From an uncultured Chloroflexia bacterium (GTDB lineage Bacteria; Chloroflexota; Limnocylindria; QHBO01): DNA of 64,000 nt. The stretch is from NCBI GenBank assembly GCA_963699235.1, contig OY969424.1, positions 1,914,964-1,978,963 of the forward strand, read 5' to 3'. Shown one piece after another: positions 53,001-61,550 of the stretch (position 1 is the first letter of the stretch; every line of letters starts with the position of its first letter). A program made the position numbers and the translations under genes. The notes below the pieces were generated by a model. The model saw only the letters and a list, made by a program, of their open reading frames with translations. It was not told the origin of the DNA and searched no databases.

Positions 53001-55110
53001 AGACCATCGTGTGGCCGGTGGTGGTGAACGTGCCGGGGACCGCGGTGTAGGTCCAGTTGTGGGAGGTGCGGAGGGTGCCGGCCAGGGTCAGGTTGCCGGC
53101 CGGCTTGTTGATGACCACGTTCGGCATGTCGCCGCTGCCGACCGCGTGGCTGGCAGTGATCGTCTGGTTGCCGGCCCCGTTCAGGAGGAGCGTGCCCGAG
53201 CTGCTGGTCGCCGTGAAGCCGGCCGCCACGGTGACGTCGCCCTGAGCGGCGAGGGTGCCGGTCGCGACCGCGCCGGTGACCAGGGCCACGGATCCGGTGG
53301 CGGTGACCGTCGTCCCGGCCGCGATGGTGATCGTGCCGCCCCGGATCTCGACGTTGTTCAGGGTCTGCGAGCCGGTGACCGTGCCCCCGGCGAAGACCAT
53401 CGTGTGGCCGGTGGTGGTGAACGTGCCGGGGACCGCGGTGTAGGTCCAGTTGTGGGAGGTGCGGAGGGTGCCGGCCAGGGTCAGGTTGCCGGCCGGCTTG
53501 TTGATGACCACGTTCGGCATGTCGCCGCTGCCGACCGCGTGGCTGGCAGTGATCGTCTGGTTGCCGGCCCCGTTCAGGAGGAGCGTGCCCGAGCTGCTGG
53601 TCGCCGTGAAGCCGGCCGCCACGGTGACGTCGCCCTGAGCGGCGAGGGTGCCGGTCGCGACCGCGCCGGTGACCAGGGCCACGGATCCGGTGGCGGTGAC
53701 CGTCGTCCCGGCCGCGATGGTGATCGTGCCGCCCCGGATCTCGACGTTGTTCAGGGTCTGCGAGCCGGTGACCGTGCCCCCGGCGAAGACCATCGTGTGG
53801 CCGGTGGTGGTGAACGTGCCGGGGACCGCGGTGTAGGTCCAGTTGTGGGAGGTGCGGAGGGTGCCGGCCAGGGTCAGGTTGCCGGCCGGCTTGTTGATGA
53901 CCACGTTCGGCATGTCGCCGCTGCCGACCGCGTGGCTGGCAGTGATCGTCTGGTTGCCGGCCCCGTTCAGGAGGAGCGTGCCCGAGCTGCTGGTCGCCGT
54001 GAAGCCGGCCGCCACGGTGACGTCGCCCTGAGCGGCGAGGGTGCCGGTCGCGACCGCGCCGGTGACCAGGGCCACGGATCCGGTGGCGGTGACCGTCGTC
54101 CCGGCCGCGATGGTGATCGTGCCGCCCCGGATCTCGACGTTGTTCAGGGTCTGCGAGCCGGTGACCGTGCCCCCGGCGAAGACCATCGTGTGGCCGGTGG
54201 TGGTGAACGTGCCGGGGACCGCGGTGTAGGTCCAGTTGTGGGAGGTGCGGAGGGTGCCGGCCAGGGTCAGGTTGCCGGCCGGCTTGTTGATGACCACGTT
54301 CGGCATGTCGCCGCTGCCGACCGCGTGGCTGGCAGTGATCGTCTGGTTGCCGGCCCCGTTCAGGAGGAGCGTGCCCGAGCTGCTGGTCGCCGTGAAGCCG
54401 GCCGCCACGGTGACGTCGCCCTGAGCGGCGAGGGTGCCGGTCGCGACCGCGCCGCCCGTGAGGCTCAGCGTCCCGACGATGTCCAGCGTGTCTCCCGCCG
54501 CGACCGTCTTGGTGCCGGACAGGAAGGCAACGTTGTTCAGGGTGAGGCTCGTCGGGACATCGATCGTGGCGTTGCTGGTGGAGAAGGTCACGGTTCCCAG
54601 GTTGTGGGCGAACGAGCCGCCGGAGACGGTGAACGCCCCGTTCACGGTCAGGGTGGCGGCGGTGCTCGTGAACGAGCCGCCGCTGAGGGTGAACTGGTCG
54701 CTGACCGTGATGGCCGCCGTGCCACCGACAAAGGTGCCGCCGGCCTGGATGAAGTCGGCCACGCCCCCGGTCACGGTCAGCGTCGTGCCGAGCGCCTGGG
54801 TGACCACGCCGGCGTAGGTGGCCGCGATGGTCACGCCCTGGACGGTCGCGTTCACATTGATGGTGACCGGCTCGGCGCTGGTCGCGTCGAACACGACGGT
54901 GTCGCCTGCGACAGGGGCGACATCGCCCACCCAGTTCAGCGGATCGGTCCAGTTCTGGGTCGCCAGTGAACCGCCGTCCCACGTCCGTGTCGCGCCGGCG
55001 ACGGGCGCGGGAACGCCCACCACGACCAGGATCGTGACAACGATCAAGGTCGGAGTGAAGAGCAGGCGAGTGGCGCCGATGGCGGTGCGCAGGGATGCAG
55101 CGAGGCTCAA
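50086..55110 (-). CDS. giant repeat-containing cell-surface protein (beta-helix-like modules, N-terminal signal, C-terminal TM anchor)
   Basis: Continuous 1674-aa ORF with TTG start. It has a signal-like N-terminus, 8 tandem ~131-aa modules, a C-terminal TM helix and a charged tail. The Gly/Thr/Val/Ala-rich beta-strand periodicity is coding-like; the overlapping 1058-aa and 957-aa ORFs are Arg/Gly/Pro-rich shadows. Confidence 0.85.
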   Translation of the reverse strand: MSLAASLRTAIGATRLLFTPTLIVVTILVVVGVPAPVAGATRTWDGGSLATQNWTDPLNWVGDVAPVAGDTVVFDATSAEPVTINVNATVQGVTIAATYAGVVTQALGTTLTVTGGVADFIQAGGTFVGGTAAITVSDQFTLSGGSFTSTAATLTVNGAFTVSGGSFAHNLGTVTFSTSNATIDVPTSLTLNNVAFLSGTKTVAAGDTLDIVGTLSLTGGAVATGTLAAQGDVTVAAGFTATSSSGTLLLNGAGNQTITASHAVGSGDMPNVVINKPAGNLTLAGTLRTSHNWTYTAVPGTFTTTGHTMVFAGGTVTGSQTLNNVEIRGGTITIAAGTTVTATGSVALVTGAVATGTLAAQGDVTVAAGFTATSSSGTLLLNGAGNQTITASHAVGSGDMPNVVINKPAGNLTLAGTLRTSHNWTYTAVPGTFTTTGHTMVFAGGTVTGSQTLNNVEIRGGTITIAAGTTVTATGSVALVTGAVATGTLAAQGDVTVAAGFTATSSSGTLLLNGAGNQTITASHAVGSGDMPNVVINKPAGNLTLAGTLRTSHNWTYTAVPGTFTTTGHTMVFAGGTVTGSQTLNNVEIRGGTITIAAGTTVTATGSVALVTGAVATGTLAAQGDVTVAAGFTATSSSGTLLLNGAGNQTITASHAVGSGDMPNVVINKPAGNLTLAGTLRTSHNWTYTAVPGTFTTTGHTMVFAGGTVTGSQTLNNVEIRGTVTLAAGTTLTATGTTELFSGTLNQVAATGTLAAQGDVHARIGFTGGGTALFLLNGSGAQTFDGDHTTVAGSLPNVEINKPSGTLTLTDTLRTGRNWTYTAAGGLTVTGHTLVFTGGTITGSHTLDAVQVRGTVTLAAGTTLTAAGATELFSGTLNQVAATGTLAAQGDVHARIGFTGGGTALLLFNGPGVQVFDGDHTTVAGSLPNIEISKPSGVLTITDTLRTGRNWTYTAAPGGLVTTGSTVVFTGGTITGSHSLHNVEVRGTVTLAAGTTLTAAGSLELFSGALNTGTLAVEGDLVARVGFTGGGTATVLVNGPGPQTFTGFHNSTTGSLPNVTFDKPAASLTLTGTLRTGRNWTYLSGGLVTAGSTVVFTGNLTISGTHTLDAVELRSGAVVVAVGDTVSVSGPLTLINGDLEGGTMAALGDITLLDTFDGETGTLLIAGTGTQTFTGSATTTTGDVANVVIDKPSGTLFLAGTIRLLTSSWTWLDGTVDAGTSLVVFDTGTTINAAGMAFSDVRVTGGTATLLDDLDVNGDLWVSGGTLDAAGWVAAVAGDVTIDGAFSPGPGALVLDGTAPQTLGGAAAVIGLFDLTVSNPAGATLNTGVRVTGTLTLGGPTDFGGQLLAIANPIAGSPTNLTGNPASSLEVFGTGANIVIPASLTDLANLSLANPNGAALNGPMRIGLGLDLSDGILRSRPWVLTMDLAGVVSRTSGHVDGALEKPVVSGPGVVVTYEIGDATTYAPVSVTFGMVTLDGTVTVTTTAGEHPDIASSILNPSADVNRWWSLVSGGVVFDTADAQFTWAPADVDPGADSSAFVVAKWNAGWTYPAAAPSTPTTATAAGLTAFSEFAIGEVGDAPDGDGVPDTALTEELGTTPLFLASLVTTVAGLLMMYVIHLRQGSGHRPARVAAVADARWYSSEVPVVEMPVVDRIVTDSSRPDWEIDWQDLYR
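51298..54460 (-). repeat. full module array of the giant ORF (8 units of 130-132 codons; 4 identical, 4 diverged)
   Basis: Protein-level units start at about aa 223, 354, 485, 616 (type A), 750, 882 (type B), 1012 (C) and 1142 (D). All share GTLAAQGDV-like, NV.I.KP.G.LTL and NWTY motifs. The boundaries are approximate. Confidence 0.75.
52945..54454 (-). repeat. perfect tandem repeat, 393-bp unit x 3.84 copies, inside the giant ORF
   Basis: Line-by-line comparison shows identical sequence at a 393-nt period, for example starts at 53057, 53450, 53843 and 54236. Identity begins at 52945 and ends at 54454. 393 nt equals 131 codons, so the frame is kept. Confidence 0.95.
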
Positions 55111-55306
55111 TCGACGCGGCGCTTGGATGACTATGGATCCACTCCAAATGGCCCCCGAGGGCGGATCCTCCTCCTTCGTCTCCGTGACGCGAGCCCTGCG
55201 TAGGCGACGACGATCCTGTAAACGAGGATATCAAACGCCGTTCGGCGCGATGTCGGAATCACCACTTCAGCGGCCGGATTCCGGTACCCCCTCGATGAAC
55301 CGCGCG

Positions 55307-56488
55307 CTAGGCGATGACTCGCTGACGGCGTAGTACTTTCAGGTCATCCGCCTCGTAGCCGACCAGCGTGAGCACCTCGTCGGTGTGCTCACCGAGGCGT
55401 GGCGGCGGCCGGTGAATCGGAAGCCGCTCCCCGTCGAGCAGGATGGGGGACGCCGGCAGCGCCACGCTATCGAGTTCCGTTACCCACCCCGGGTCGATCT
55501 CCCGCATGGCACGGACCGCCTCACCAACCCCGTGCACTGGACCGCCAGGGATGTCGGCGGCGACCATCGCCTCCACCAGCTCGTCCCGGGCCCAGGTCGC
55601 AATCCTCGACTCCAGCTCGGCGAGCACCTCGCCCCGCCGAACGACCCGCTCCGGGTTCGTCGCCCACTCCGGGCGAGGCGCCACGCCCAGCAGGGCGCAG
55701 AGCCGCTCGAACTGCGCGTCGTTGCCGACGGCGACCACCACGTGCCCATCGCGCGCCTCGAACACCTGGTAGGGAACGATGTCCGGATGGCCCGTCCCCC
55801 ACCGCAGCGGCTCAGCGCCGGTGGCGAGGTGGTTGCCGAGGACGTTGGTCAGCCCCGCAGTCGCCGCCTCCACCAGGCTCACCGTGGCGGAGGTCGGGAC
55901 CCCGCCACGCTCCCGCGCGGCAAGACCGGCCAGGGCCGCCACGGCGGCTTCGAGGCCGGCGAGGAGGTCCAGGAGCCCGATGCCCATCTTGATCGGTCCG
56001 CCACCCGGCTCACCGGTGACCGCCATCTGGCCGCTCCACGCCTGGGCCACGAGGTCGTAGGCCGGCCGCTCGGCGAGCGGGCCGTCCCCCGGGAAGCCGC
56101 GCACGATGGAGACGACGAGGTGCGGGTGCCGCTCCCGGAGCCGGACCGGATCGAGGCCGAGTCGCGTCGCCACCGAGGGCAGGTAGTTGTGGATCAACAG
56201 GTCGGCCCGAGCAGCCAGCCGATCGAGCACCTCGCGGCCGGCATCGGTCTTCAGGTCCACCACGATGCTGCGCTTGTTACGGTTCACCGCCGCGAAGTAG
56301 GCGCTCCGCCCATCCGCCGGGTCACCCCAGAACGGCGGGCCCCAGCCTCGGGTCTCATCGCCCAGCGGCGGCTCGAGCTTCCAGACGTCGGCGCCGAGGT
56401 CGGCGAGGAGCATCGTGGCGTGGGGTCCGGCGAAGACCCGCGAGCAGTCGAGGATGGTGACGCCCGCCAGCGGCAGGCGCTCGGTCAC
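55307..56488 (-). CDS. CaiB/BaiF family (class III) CoA-transferase
   Basis: GTG at 56488 overlaps the MMPL stop (GTGA). Sequence is VTERLPLAGVTILDCSRVFAGPHATMLLADLGADVWKLEPP... with AVNRNKRS and a catalytic-Asp-region-like GLLDLLAG. 393 aa. Confidence 0.85.
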   Translation of the reverse strand: MTERLPLAGVTILDCSRVFAGPHATMLLADLGADVWKLEPPLGDETRGWGPPFWGDPADGRSAYFAAVNRNKRSIVVDLKTDAGREVLDRLAARADLLIHNYLPSVATRLGLDPVRLRERHPHLVVSIVRGFPGDGPLAERPAYDLVAQAWSGQMAVTGEPGGGPIKMGIGLLDLLAGLEAAVAALAGLAARERGGVPTSATVSLVEAATAGLTNVLGNHLATGAEPLRWGTGHPDIVPYQVFEARDGHVVVAVGNDAQFERLCALLGVAPRPEWATNPERVVRRGEVLAELESRIATWARDELVEAMVAADIPGGPVHGVGEAVRAMREIDPGWVTELDSVALPASPILLDGERLPIHRPPPRLGEHTDEVLTLVGYEADDLKVLRRQRVIA

Positions 56489-58830
56489 GGCTGGGAGGCC
56501 GTGGAGGCGCTGGATGACGTCGGAGCCGGAGTCGTCGAGGCGGGGCCCTCGTACAGCCCGAGGCGGGCGACCGCCCGCTGGACCCAGGCCGGGGCCCACC
56601 AGTTCAGCCGGCCCATGACCCGCATGAAGGCGGGCACCAGCACCCCACGAACGACAGTGGCGTCGATGAGCACCGCCAGCGCCATCGAGAAGCCGATCGC
56701 CTTCAGGAACAGGACGTCGGAGAGGGCGAAGGCGGAGAAGACGACGACCATGATCAACGCCGCGCCGGTGATGATCCCGCCGGTGATCCCGATCCCCTCC
56801 GCCACCGATCGGGTGTTGTCCCCGGTCGCCACCCATCGCTCGCGGATGCGGGACAGGAGGAGGACCTCGTAGTCCATCGACAGCCCGAACAGGATCGCGA
56901 ACATCAGGATCGGCAGCCAGGCCGCCAGCGACCCGGTGGCCTCGAAGCCGAGGAGACCCGAGAGGTTGCCCTCCTGGAAGATCCAGACCAGGGCGCCGAA
57001 GCTGGCGGTGATCGAGACCAGGCTCATGAGGACGGCCTTGACCGGCAGGAAGACCGATCCAAAGGTGAGGAACAGGACGATCAGGGTGACGGCGAAAACG
57101 ATCGCCACCGCGACCGGGATGCTCGACCGGAAGCTGGTCATGAAGTCGGCCGATCGGGCGGCGAGGCCGGCCACCCCGACCGTCGAGCCGGGCGGATCGG
57201 GCACGGAACGGACCTCTTCGACCAATCCACGTCCGGCCTCCGAGTCCGGGAGCAGCGCCGAGAAGACCGTGACCCGGGTCGTGTCGCCTGCCACCGTCTG
57301 GGACACCCAGTCGGCGAGGCCCGGCGGCCACTGGTCCAGGGGCAGGGAGAGGGCGGCGAGGTACTGGTCGGCGGGCAGGCCGGGCGGGGGGTCGAGCACG
57401 CTTTCGATCGACTCCACGCCCTCGAGGACGCTGATCTCGTCGACGTAGGCCTCGAGGTCCGCGATCCGGTCGGGGGTCAGCCCTCCATCCTCGAGGTTGG
57501 CCACGCCGCTGTAGGTGACCGCGGCCAGCATCGGGTCGGAGTCACCGCCGGGGAACTCGTCGCGGAGGACGATGAAGCCCTCCTTGGCCGGGGTATCGGG
57601 CAGGTCCTCGAGGTTGCCCCCGGTGGACAGCTCGATGCGGAGGAACGGCGTCCCGGCCAGCAGCAGGAGGGCCAGGATCGGTCCACCGATGAGCAACGGG
57701 TGGCGCATGACCCGGGCCGCCACGCGCGACCAGAATCCGTGGCCGTGCCGCCGCTCGGCCTCGACCGGATCGTCCTCGACGGAGCGGAGGAAGCGCGGCA
57801 TGGGGACCTTCAGCCGGTTCACCCGGTGGCCGAGCATGCCGAGCAGGGCCGGGAGGACGGTGAGCCCATAGACCATGGTGGCGAGGACGACGACCACGCC
57901 CCCTATGCCCATCGAGCGCAATGCGTCGGCCTCGAACACCACCAGCGCCGCCATGCCGATCGCCACCGCCATGCCGGACACGGCCACCGCCTTGCCGACC
58001 GTCGCCATCGTGCGCTCGACTGCCTTGTCAACCGGGTGATGGAGCAGCTCCTCGCGGAACCGGCTGACGAGGAACAGCGAGTAGTCGATGGCCAGCGCCA
58101 GCCCGATCATGGTGGCGAGGTTGGTGACGAAGATCGACATCTCGACCTCGTTGGCCATCAGGCCGATGATCGCGAAGGTGCTGACCAGCGACAGCCCGGC
58201 GATGAGCAGCGGCAGCCCGGCCCCAACCAGGGTGCCGAACACGACCAGCAGGATGAGGCCGGCCACCGGCAGGCTGATCAGCTCAGCCTGCTGGAGGTCC
58301 TCCTCGATGACGGCGTTGAACTCGTCGTACACGACGGGCACGCCGGTGATCCACATCTCATCCACGCTCGCCGGCTGCTCGACCAGGTCGACCAGTCGCT
58401 GCGAGTCCTCGACCGCCTCGTCGTCCGGGGAGTTCAGGCGGACGAGGGCGAACGTCATCGTCCCGTCGGTCGAGAGGAACCGGGCGTCGCCGGTGTCGGC
58501 GTAGGTGATGATCTCGTCCACGGCGGGGTCATCCGCCAACGGGGCCACGGCGTCGGCCAGGATCTCCTGGAAGTCATCCGACGCGGCATCGCCGTCCGGA
58601 TCGGCCAGGACCACGAACATTGCGGTGGCCTGCTCGCCGAAGCGGTCGGCGAGCAGCTCCTCGGTGACCATCGACTCCGAGCCTTCGATCTGCCACCCGC
58701 CCTGCGAGAGATCGCCCCCCGCCTGGCTGACCCAAACGGACAGGCCGATGACCGCGATCAGGCCGATGGGCGGGATCCAGCGACGGAAGCGGTAATCGAA
58801 GCGGCCGAGGGCGGAAAACACGGCCGCCAC
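56485..58830 (-). CDS. MMPL family (RND superfamily) transporter
   Basis: 781 aa. It shows the two 6-TM bundles with large periplasmic loops typical of MMPL. Confidence 0.9.
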   Translation of the reverse strand: MAAVFSALGRFDYRFRRWIPPIGLIAVIGLSVWVSQAGGDLSQGGWQIEGSESMVTEELLADRFGEQATAMFVVLADPDGDAASDDFQEILADAVAPLADDPAVDEIITYADTGDARFLSTDGTMTFALVRLNSPDDEAVEDSQRLVDLVEQPASVDEMWITGVPVVYDEFNAVIEEDLQQAELISLPVAGLILLVVFGTLVGAGLPLLIAGLSLVSTFAIIGLMANEVEMSIFVTNLATMIGLALAIDYSLFLVSRFREELLHHPVDKAVERTMATVGKAVAVSGMAVAIGMAALVVFEADALRSMGIGGVVVVLATMVYGLTVLPALLGMLGHRVNRLKVPMPRFLRSVEDDPVEAERRHGHGFWSRVAARVMRHPLLIGGPILALLLLAGTPFLRIELSTGGNLEDLPDTPAKEGFIVLRDEFPGGDSDPMLAAVTYSGVANLEDGGLTPDRIADLEAYVDEISVLEGVESIESVLDPPPGLPADQYLAALSLPLDQWPPGLADWVSQTVAGDTTRVTVFSALLPDSEAGRGLVEEVRSVPDPPGSTVGVAGLAARSADFMTSFRSSIPVAVAIVFAVTLIVLFLTFGSVFLPVKAVLMSLVSITASFGALVWIFQEGNLSGLLGFEATGSLAAWLPILMFAILFGLSMDYEVLLLSRIRERWVATGDNTRSVAEGIGITGGIITGAALIMVVVFSAFALSDVLFLKAIGFSMALAVLIDATVVRGVLVPAFMRVMGRLNWWAPAWVQRAVARLGLYEGPASTTPAPTSSSASTASQP

Positions 58831-58862
58831 TCTAGCCGACCTTCCCGCAGGACGCCCCGGCT

Positions 58863-60242
58863 ATGATCGGGCGCGATGCATCGGCCCGACCCGTCGTGAC
58901 GGCCCTGGCCCCGGCCACCTGGTGGCGCGGCCTCGGCGGCCTCACCCGTTCGGGCAGCCCGGTCGAGGGGCTGTCGTGGGCCCTCTACGACTTCGCGAAC
59001 ACGATCTACAGCTACGCGATCGTGTCCTACGCGATGGGCCTTTGGGTGATCGGTGATGATCGGCTCGGCGAAGGACCAGGGCAGCTGTGGTTTGGGATCG
59101 CCTTTGCCATCAGCATGGGCGTCAACGCCGCCGTCTCGCCAATCCTCGGCGCCGCCAGTGATCGCCTGGGCAGGCGGATCCCCTTCCTCCTCTTCTTCAC
59201 GATCATGTGCGTAGTTGGCACCATCGCCATCGGCTTGATCCCCGAAGGTGGCGTCGAGCTCGCGTTCCTGGGTCTCGCCCTGTTCGCTCTGACCAACTTC
59301 GCCTTTCAATCGGCGCTCATTTACTACGATGCCACGCTGCCGATCGTGTCGCGGATTGGGGCATTGGGAAAAATGTCGGGCCTTGGCGTAGCCGTCGGCT
59401 ATCTCGGGACAATATTCATCGCCACCCTCATCCTCATCCTGGGGACCGGTGCTAGCAGCGCAACGTTTGTGCTCGCGGCCCTGATGTTCGCGGCGTTCAG
59501 CATCCCGATGTTCGCCTTCGTCCACGATCGACCCGGTCCAAGCGGACGAGTGACGGCGGGCGACGTCCTGGGGTCGTGGGGGCAGCTGGCCACGACGCTG
59601 CGCCACGCCCGGGCAGTTCCCGGCCTTCTGAGATTCCTGGTGGGCCGCTTTTTCTACACGGATCCTGTCAACACGGTCATTGTCGTCATGGCGGTGTTCG
59701 CCACCCAGGCCATCGGTTTTACGCAGGCGGAAGCCAACATCGCGCTCCTCAGCCTGACCGTTGCGGCAGTCATCGCCAGCTTCCTCTGGGGTCGACTGGT
59801 CGAATCGATCGGGCCCAAGCGAACGCTCATGATGGTCCTCGGCACCTGGGTCCTTGGGCTGTTCATCGGCGGGATCTACCTGAGTGTGCCCACGTTCCTG
59901 CTCGCGGGCGTGCTGCTGGGAGCCGCCCTGGGCGGCGTGTGGACATCGGATCGGGTATTCATGCTTCGGCTTTCGCCGCCGGCGAACGTCGGCGAGTTCT
60001 TCGGTCTTTACGGCCTGGTCGGAAAGGCGAGCGCGATCACGGGTCCACTCCTCTACGGAGCGGTCGTGAGCCTCCTCTTACCGAGCCTTGGAACTGTTGC
60101 GTACCAGGTCGCAATCTTCTCCCTGCTCGGGCTGATGGTCGTCGGCGTCGTCCTTCTGCGCGGCGTACCCGAGCCACCGCGAGAAGCCGAGATGGCCATG
60201 ATGGCGGCGCTTGGCGGGGATCCCCCCTCGAACGCAGCATGA
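58863..60242 (+). CDS. MFS transporter, UMF1/Atg22-like family
   Basis: 459 aa with LSWALYDFANTIYSYAIVSY and ~12 TM helices. Confidence 0.85.
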   Translation: MIGRDASARPVVTALAPATWWRGLGGLTRSGSPVEGLSWALYDFANTIYSYAIVSYAMGLWVIGDDRLGEGPGQLWFGIAFAISMGVNAAVSPILGAASDRLGRRIPFLLFFTIMCVVGTIAIGLIPEGGVELAFLGLALFALTNFAFQSALIYYDATLPIVSRIGALGKMSGLGVAVGYLGTIFIATLILILGTGASSATFVLAALMFAAFSIPMFAFVHDRPGPSGRVTAGDVLGSWGQLATTLRHARAVPGLLRFLVGRFFYTDPVNTVIVVMAVFATQAIGFTQAEANIALLSLTVAAVIASFLWGRLVESIGPKRTLMMVLGTWVLGLFIGGIYLSVPTFLLAGVLLGAALGGVWTSDRVFMLRLSPPANVGEFFGLYGLVGKASAITGPLLYGAVVSLLLPSLGTVAYQVAIFSLLGLMVVGVVLLRGVPEPPREAEMAMMAALGGDPPSNAA

Positions 60243-61006
60243 CCTTGATCGTGGCCCACCGGGGGGCGTCACGGGCGATCCCGGAGAACACGATGGAGGC
60301 GTTCCAGGCCGCGGTCGAGGCTGGCGCCGACGCGATCGAGCTCGACGTCCACCTCACCGCCGACGGGGAGCTGGCCGTCATCCACGACCCCACCCTCGAT
60401 CGGACGACCGATCGCACGACGACGGTGGCCACCGCGACCATGGCGGACATTCGCGAGGCGGACGCCGGATGGGCCTTTCTCGGAGCCGACAGCTCGTACC
60501 CGTTCCGCGGCACCGGGATGGCCGTCCCGACCCTGCCCGAGGTGCTCGCCTGGCTGCCGGCGGGAACCGGGCTGGCGGTCGAGATCAAGGCCTCGGCCGC
60601 GGCGGACGGAGTGGTGGCTGCCCTGGCCGGAACGAGCGTCCGCGAGGCCGGCCAGGTGACGGTCATGAGCTTCCTCGAGGTTGGGATCGAGCGCGTCCGC
60701 GAGCTGGCGCCAGACCTCCCCACCGGGCTCCTCCTCGTCCCGGGGGACAACTTTGAGCGTGGGCTGAAGTGGGTCGTCGAGCACGGGCACGCGGCGGTCA
60801 TGCCGTACGACATCGACCTCGGCAAGGACCCGTCTGCCAACGTGGCGCAGGCGACGTCATGGGGAGCGCGGGTGGGGTGCTACGTCGTGAACGAACCCGA
60901 GCGCATGCAGCAGCTGGCCGCAGCGGGCCTGTGGGGATTCGTGACCGACGTCCCCGACGTGGCCCGGGAAGTGCTCGGCCCTCGCCCCGCCGCGGGCGCG
61001 GAGTAG
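60239..61006 (+). CDS. glycerophosphodiester phosphodiesterase
   Basis: ATG at 60239 overlaps the MFS stop (ATGA). Sequence is MTLIVAHRGASRAIPENTMEAFQAAVEAGADAIELDVHLTADGELAVIHD. 255 aa. Confidence 0.9.
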   Translation: MTLIVAHRGASRAIPENTMEAFQAAVEAGADAIELDVHLTADGELAVIHDPTLDRTTDRTTTVATATMADIREADAGWAFLGADSSYPFRGTGMAVPTLPEVLAWLPAGTGLAVEIKASAAADGVVAALAGTSVREAGQVTVMSFLEVGIERVRELAPDLPTGLLLVPGDNFERGLKWVVEHGHAAVMPYDIDLGKDPSANVAQATSWGARVGCYVVNEPERMQQLAAAGLWGFVTDVPDVAREVLGPRPAAGAE

Positions 61007-61007
61007 G

Positions 61008-61409
61008 TCAGCCGGCGGCAGCCCCGGTCAGCTCTCCGAGCGCAGCCTTGGCGGCGGCGCCGTCGCTGACCGCGAATAGGACGCCGACCTTGCCGTCCTC
61101 CATCCCGATCGGGAAGAAGGCCTCGATGTTCACCCCCGCCTCGCCGAGACGGCGTGCGGCGTCGGCGAGCGTCCCCGGTCGGTTCTCGAGCCAGGCCGCG
61201 GCCACGTCCGCTTCGCGGAAGGTGACTCCGGACTCCTGAAGGGCGGCACGTGCCCCATCGTCGTCGTTGACCTGGATCGCGATGGCTCCGCCCTCCCCCC
61301 AGGTCGTCGCCCCGCCGGCGGTGACGTTGACTCCGCGCTGGGCAATGCCGTCGAGGACCCGGGCGAGCTGGCCGGGCTTGTTCTCGGCACTGATGATGAA
61401 TGCGTGCAT
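61008..61409 (-). CDS. ACT domain-containing protein
   Basis: ATG at 61409 follows AAGGAGA. Two ACT-like halves: MHAFIISAENKPGQLARVLDGIAQRGVNV and AAAWLENRPGTLADAARRLGEAGVNI. 133 aa. Confidence 0.8.
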   Translation of the reverse strand: MHAFIISAENKPGQLARVLDGIAQRGVNVTAGGATTWGEGGAIAIQVNDDDGARAALQESGVTFREADVAAAWLENRPGTLADAARRLGEAGVNIEAFFPIGMEDGKVGVLFAVSDGAAAKAALGELTGAAAG

Positions 61410-61550
61410 GCAATCTCCTTCGTCGCGCTGCATCGTTGAGTGGAGACGAGCGTACACCCACCTGTGCGTCCAGCGACGACAACCGCGTGACCGGCCACTG
61501 ATCACGAAAGGCCGGACCCCGGGGTCGGTGGTGACGGTACCCTCCCCTCG

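Noticed and set aside
52945-54454. Possible CRISPR array or mobile-element repeat
   Set aside because: The unit is 393 bp with no unique spacers. It is head-to-tail and in frame inside an ORF. No cas, transposase or inverted terminal repeats are nearby.
51793-55234. 1058-aa (+) and 957-aa (-) ORFs, plus a ladder of identical 62-aa ORFs overlapping the giant gene
   Set aside because: They are alternative-frame readings of the same tandem repeat. Their composition (RGD/RPG-rich) is not protein-like, whereas the 1674-aa frame has a signal peptide, TM anchor and beta-strand periodicity.
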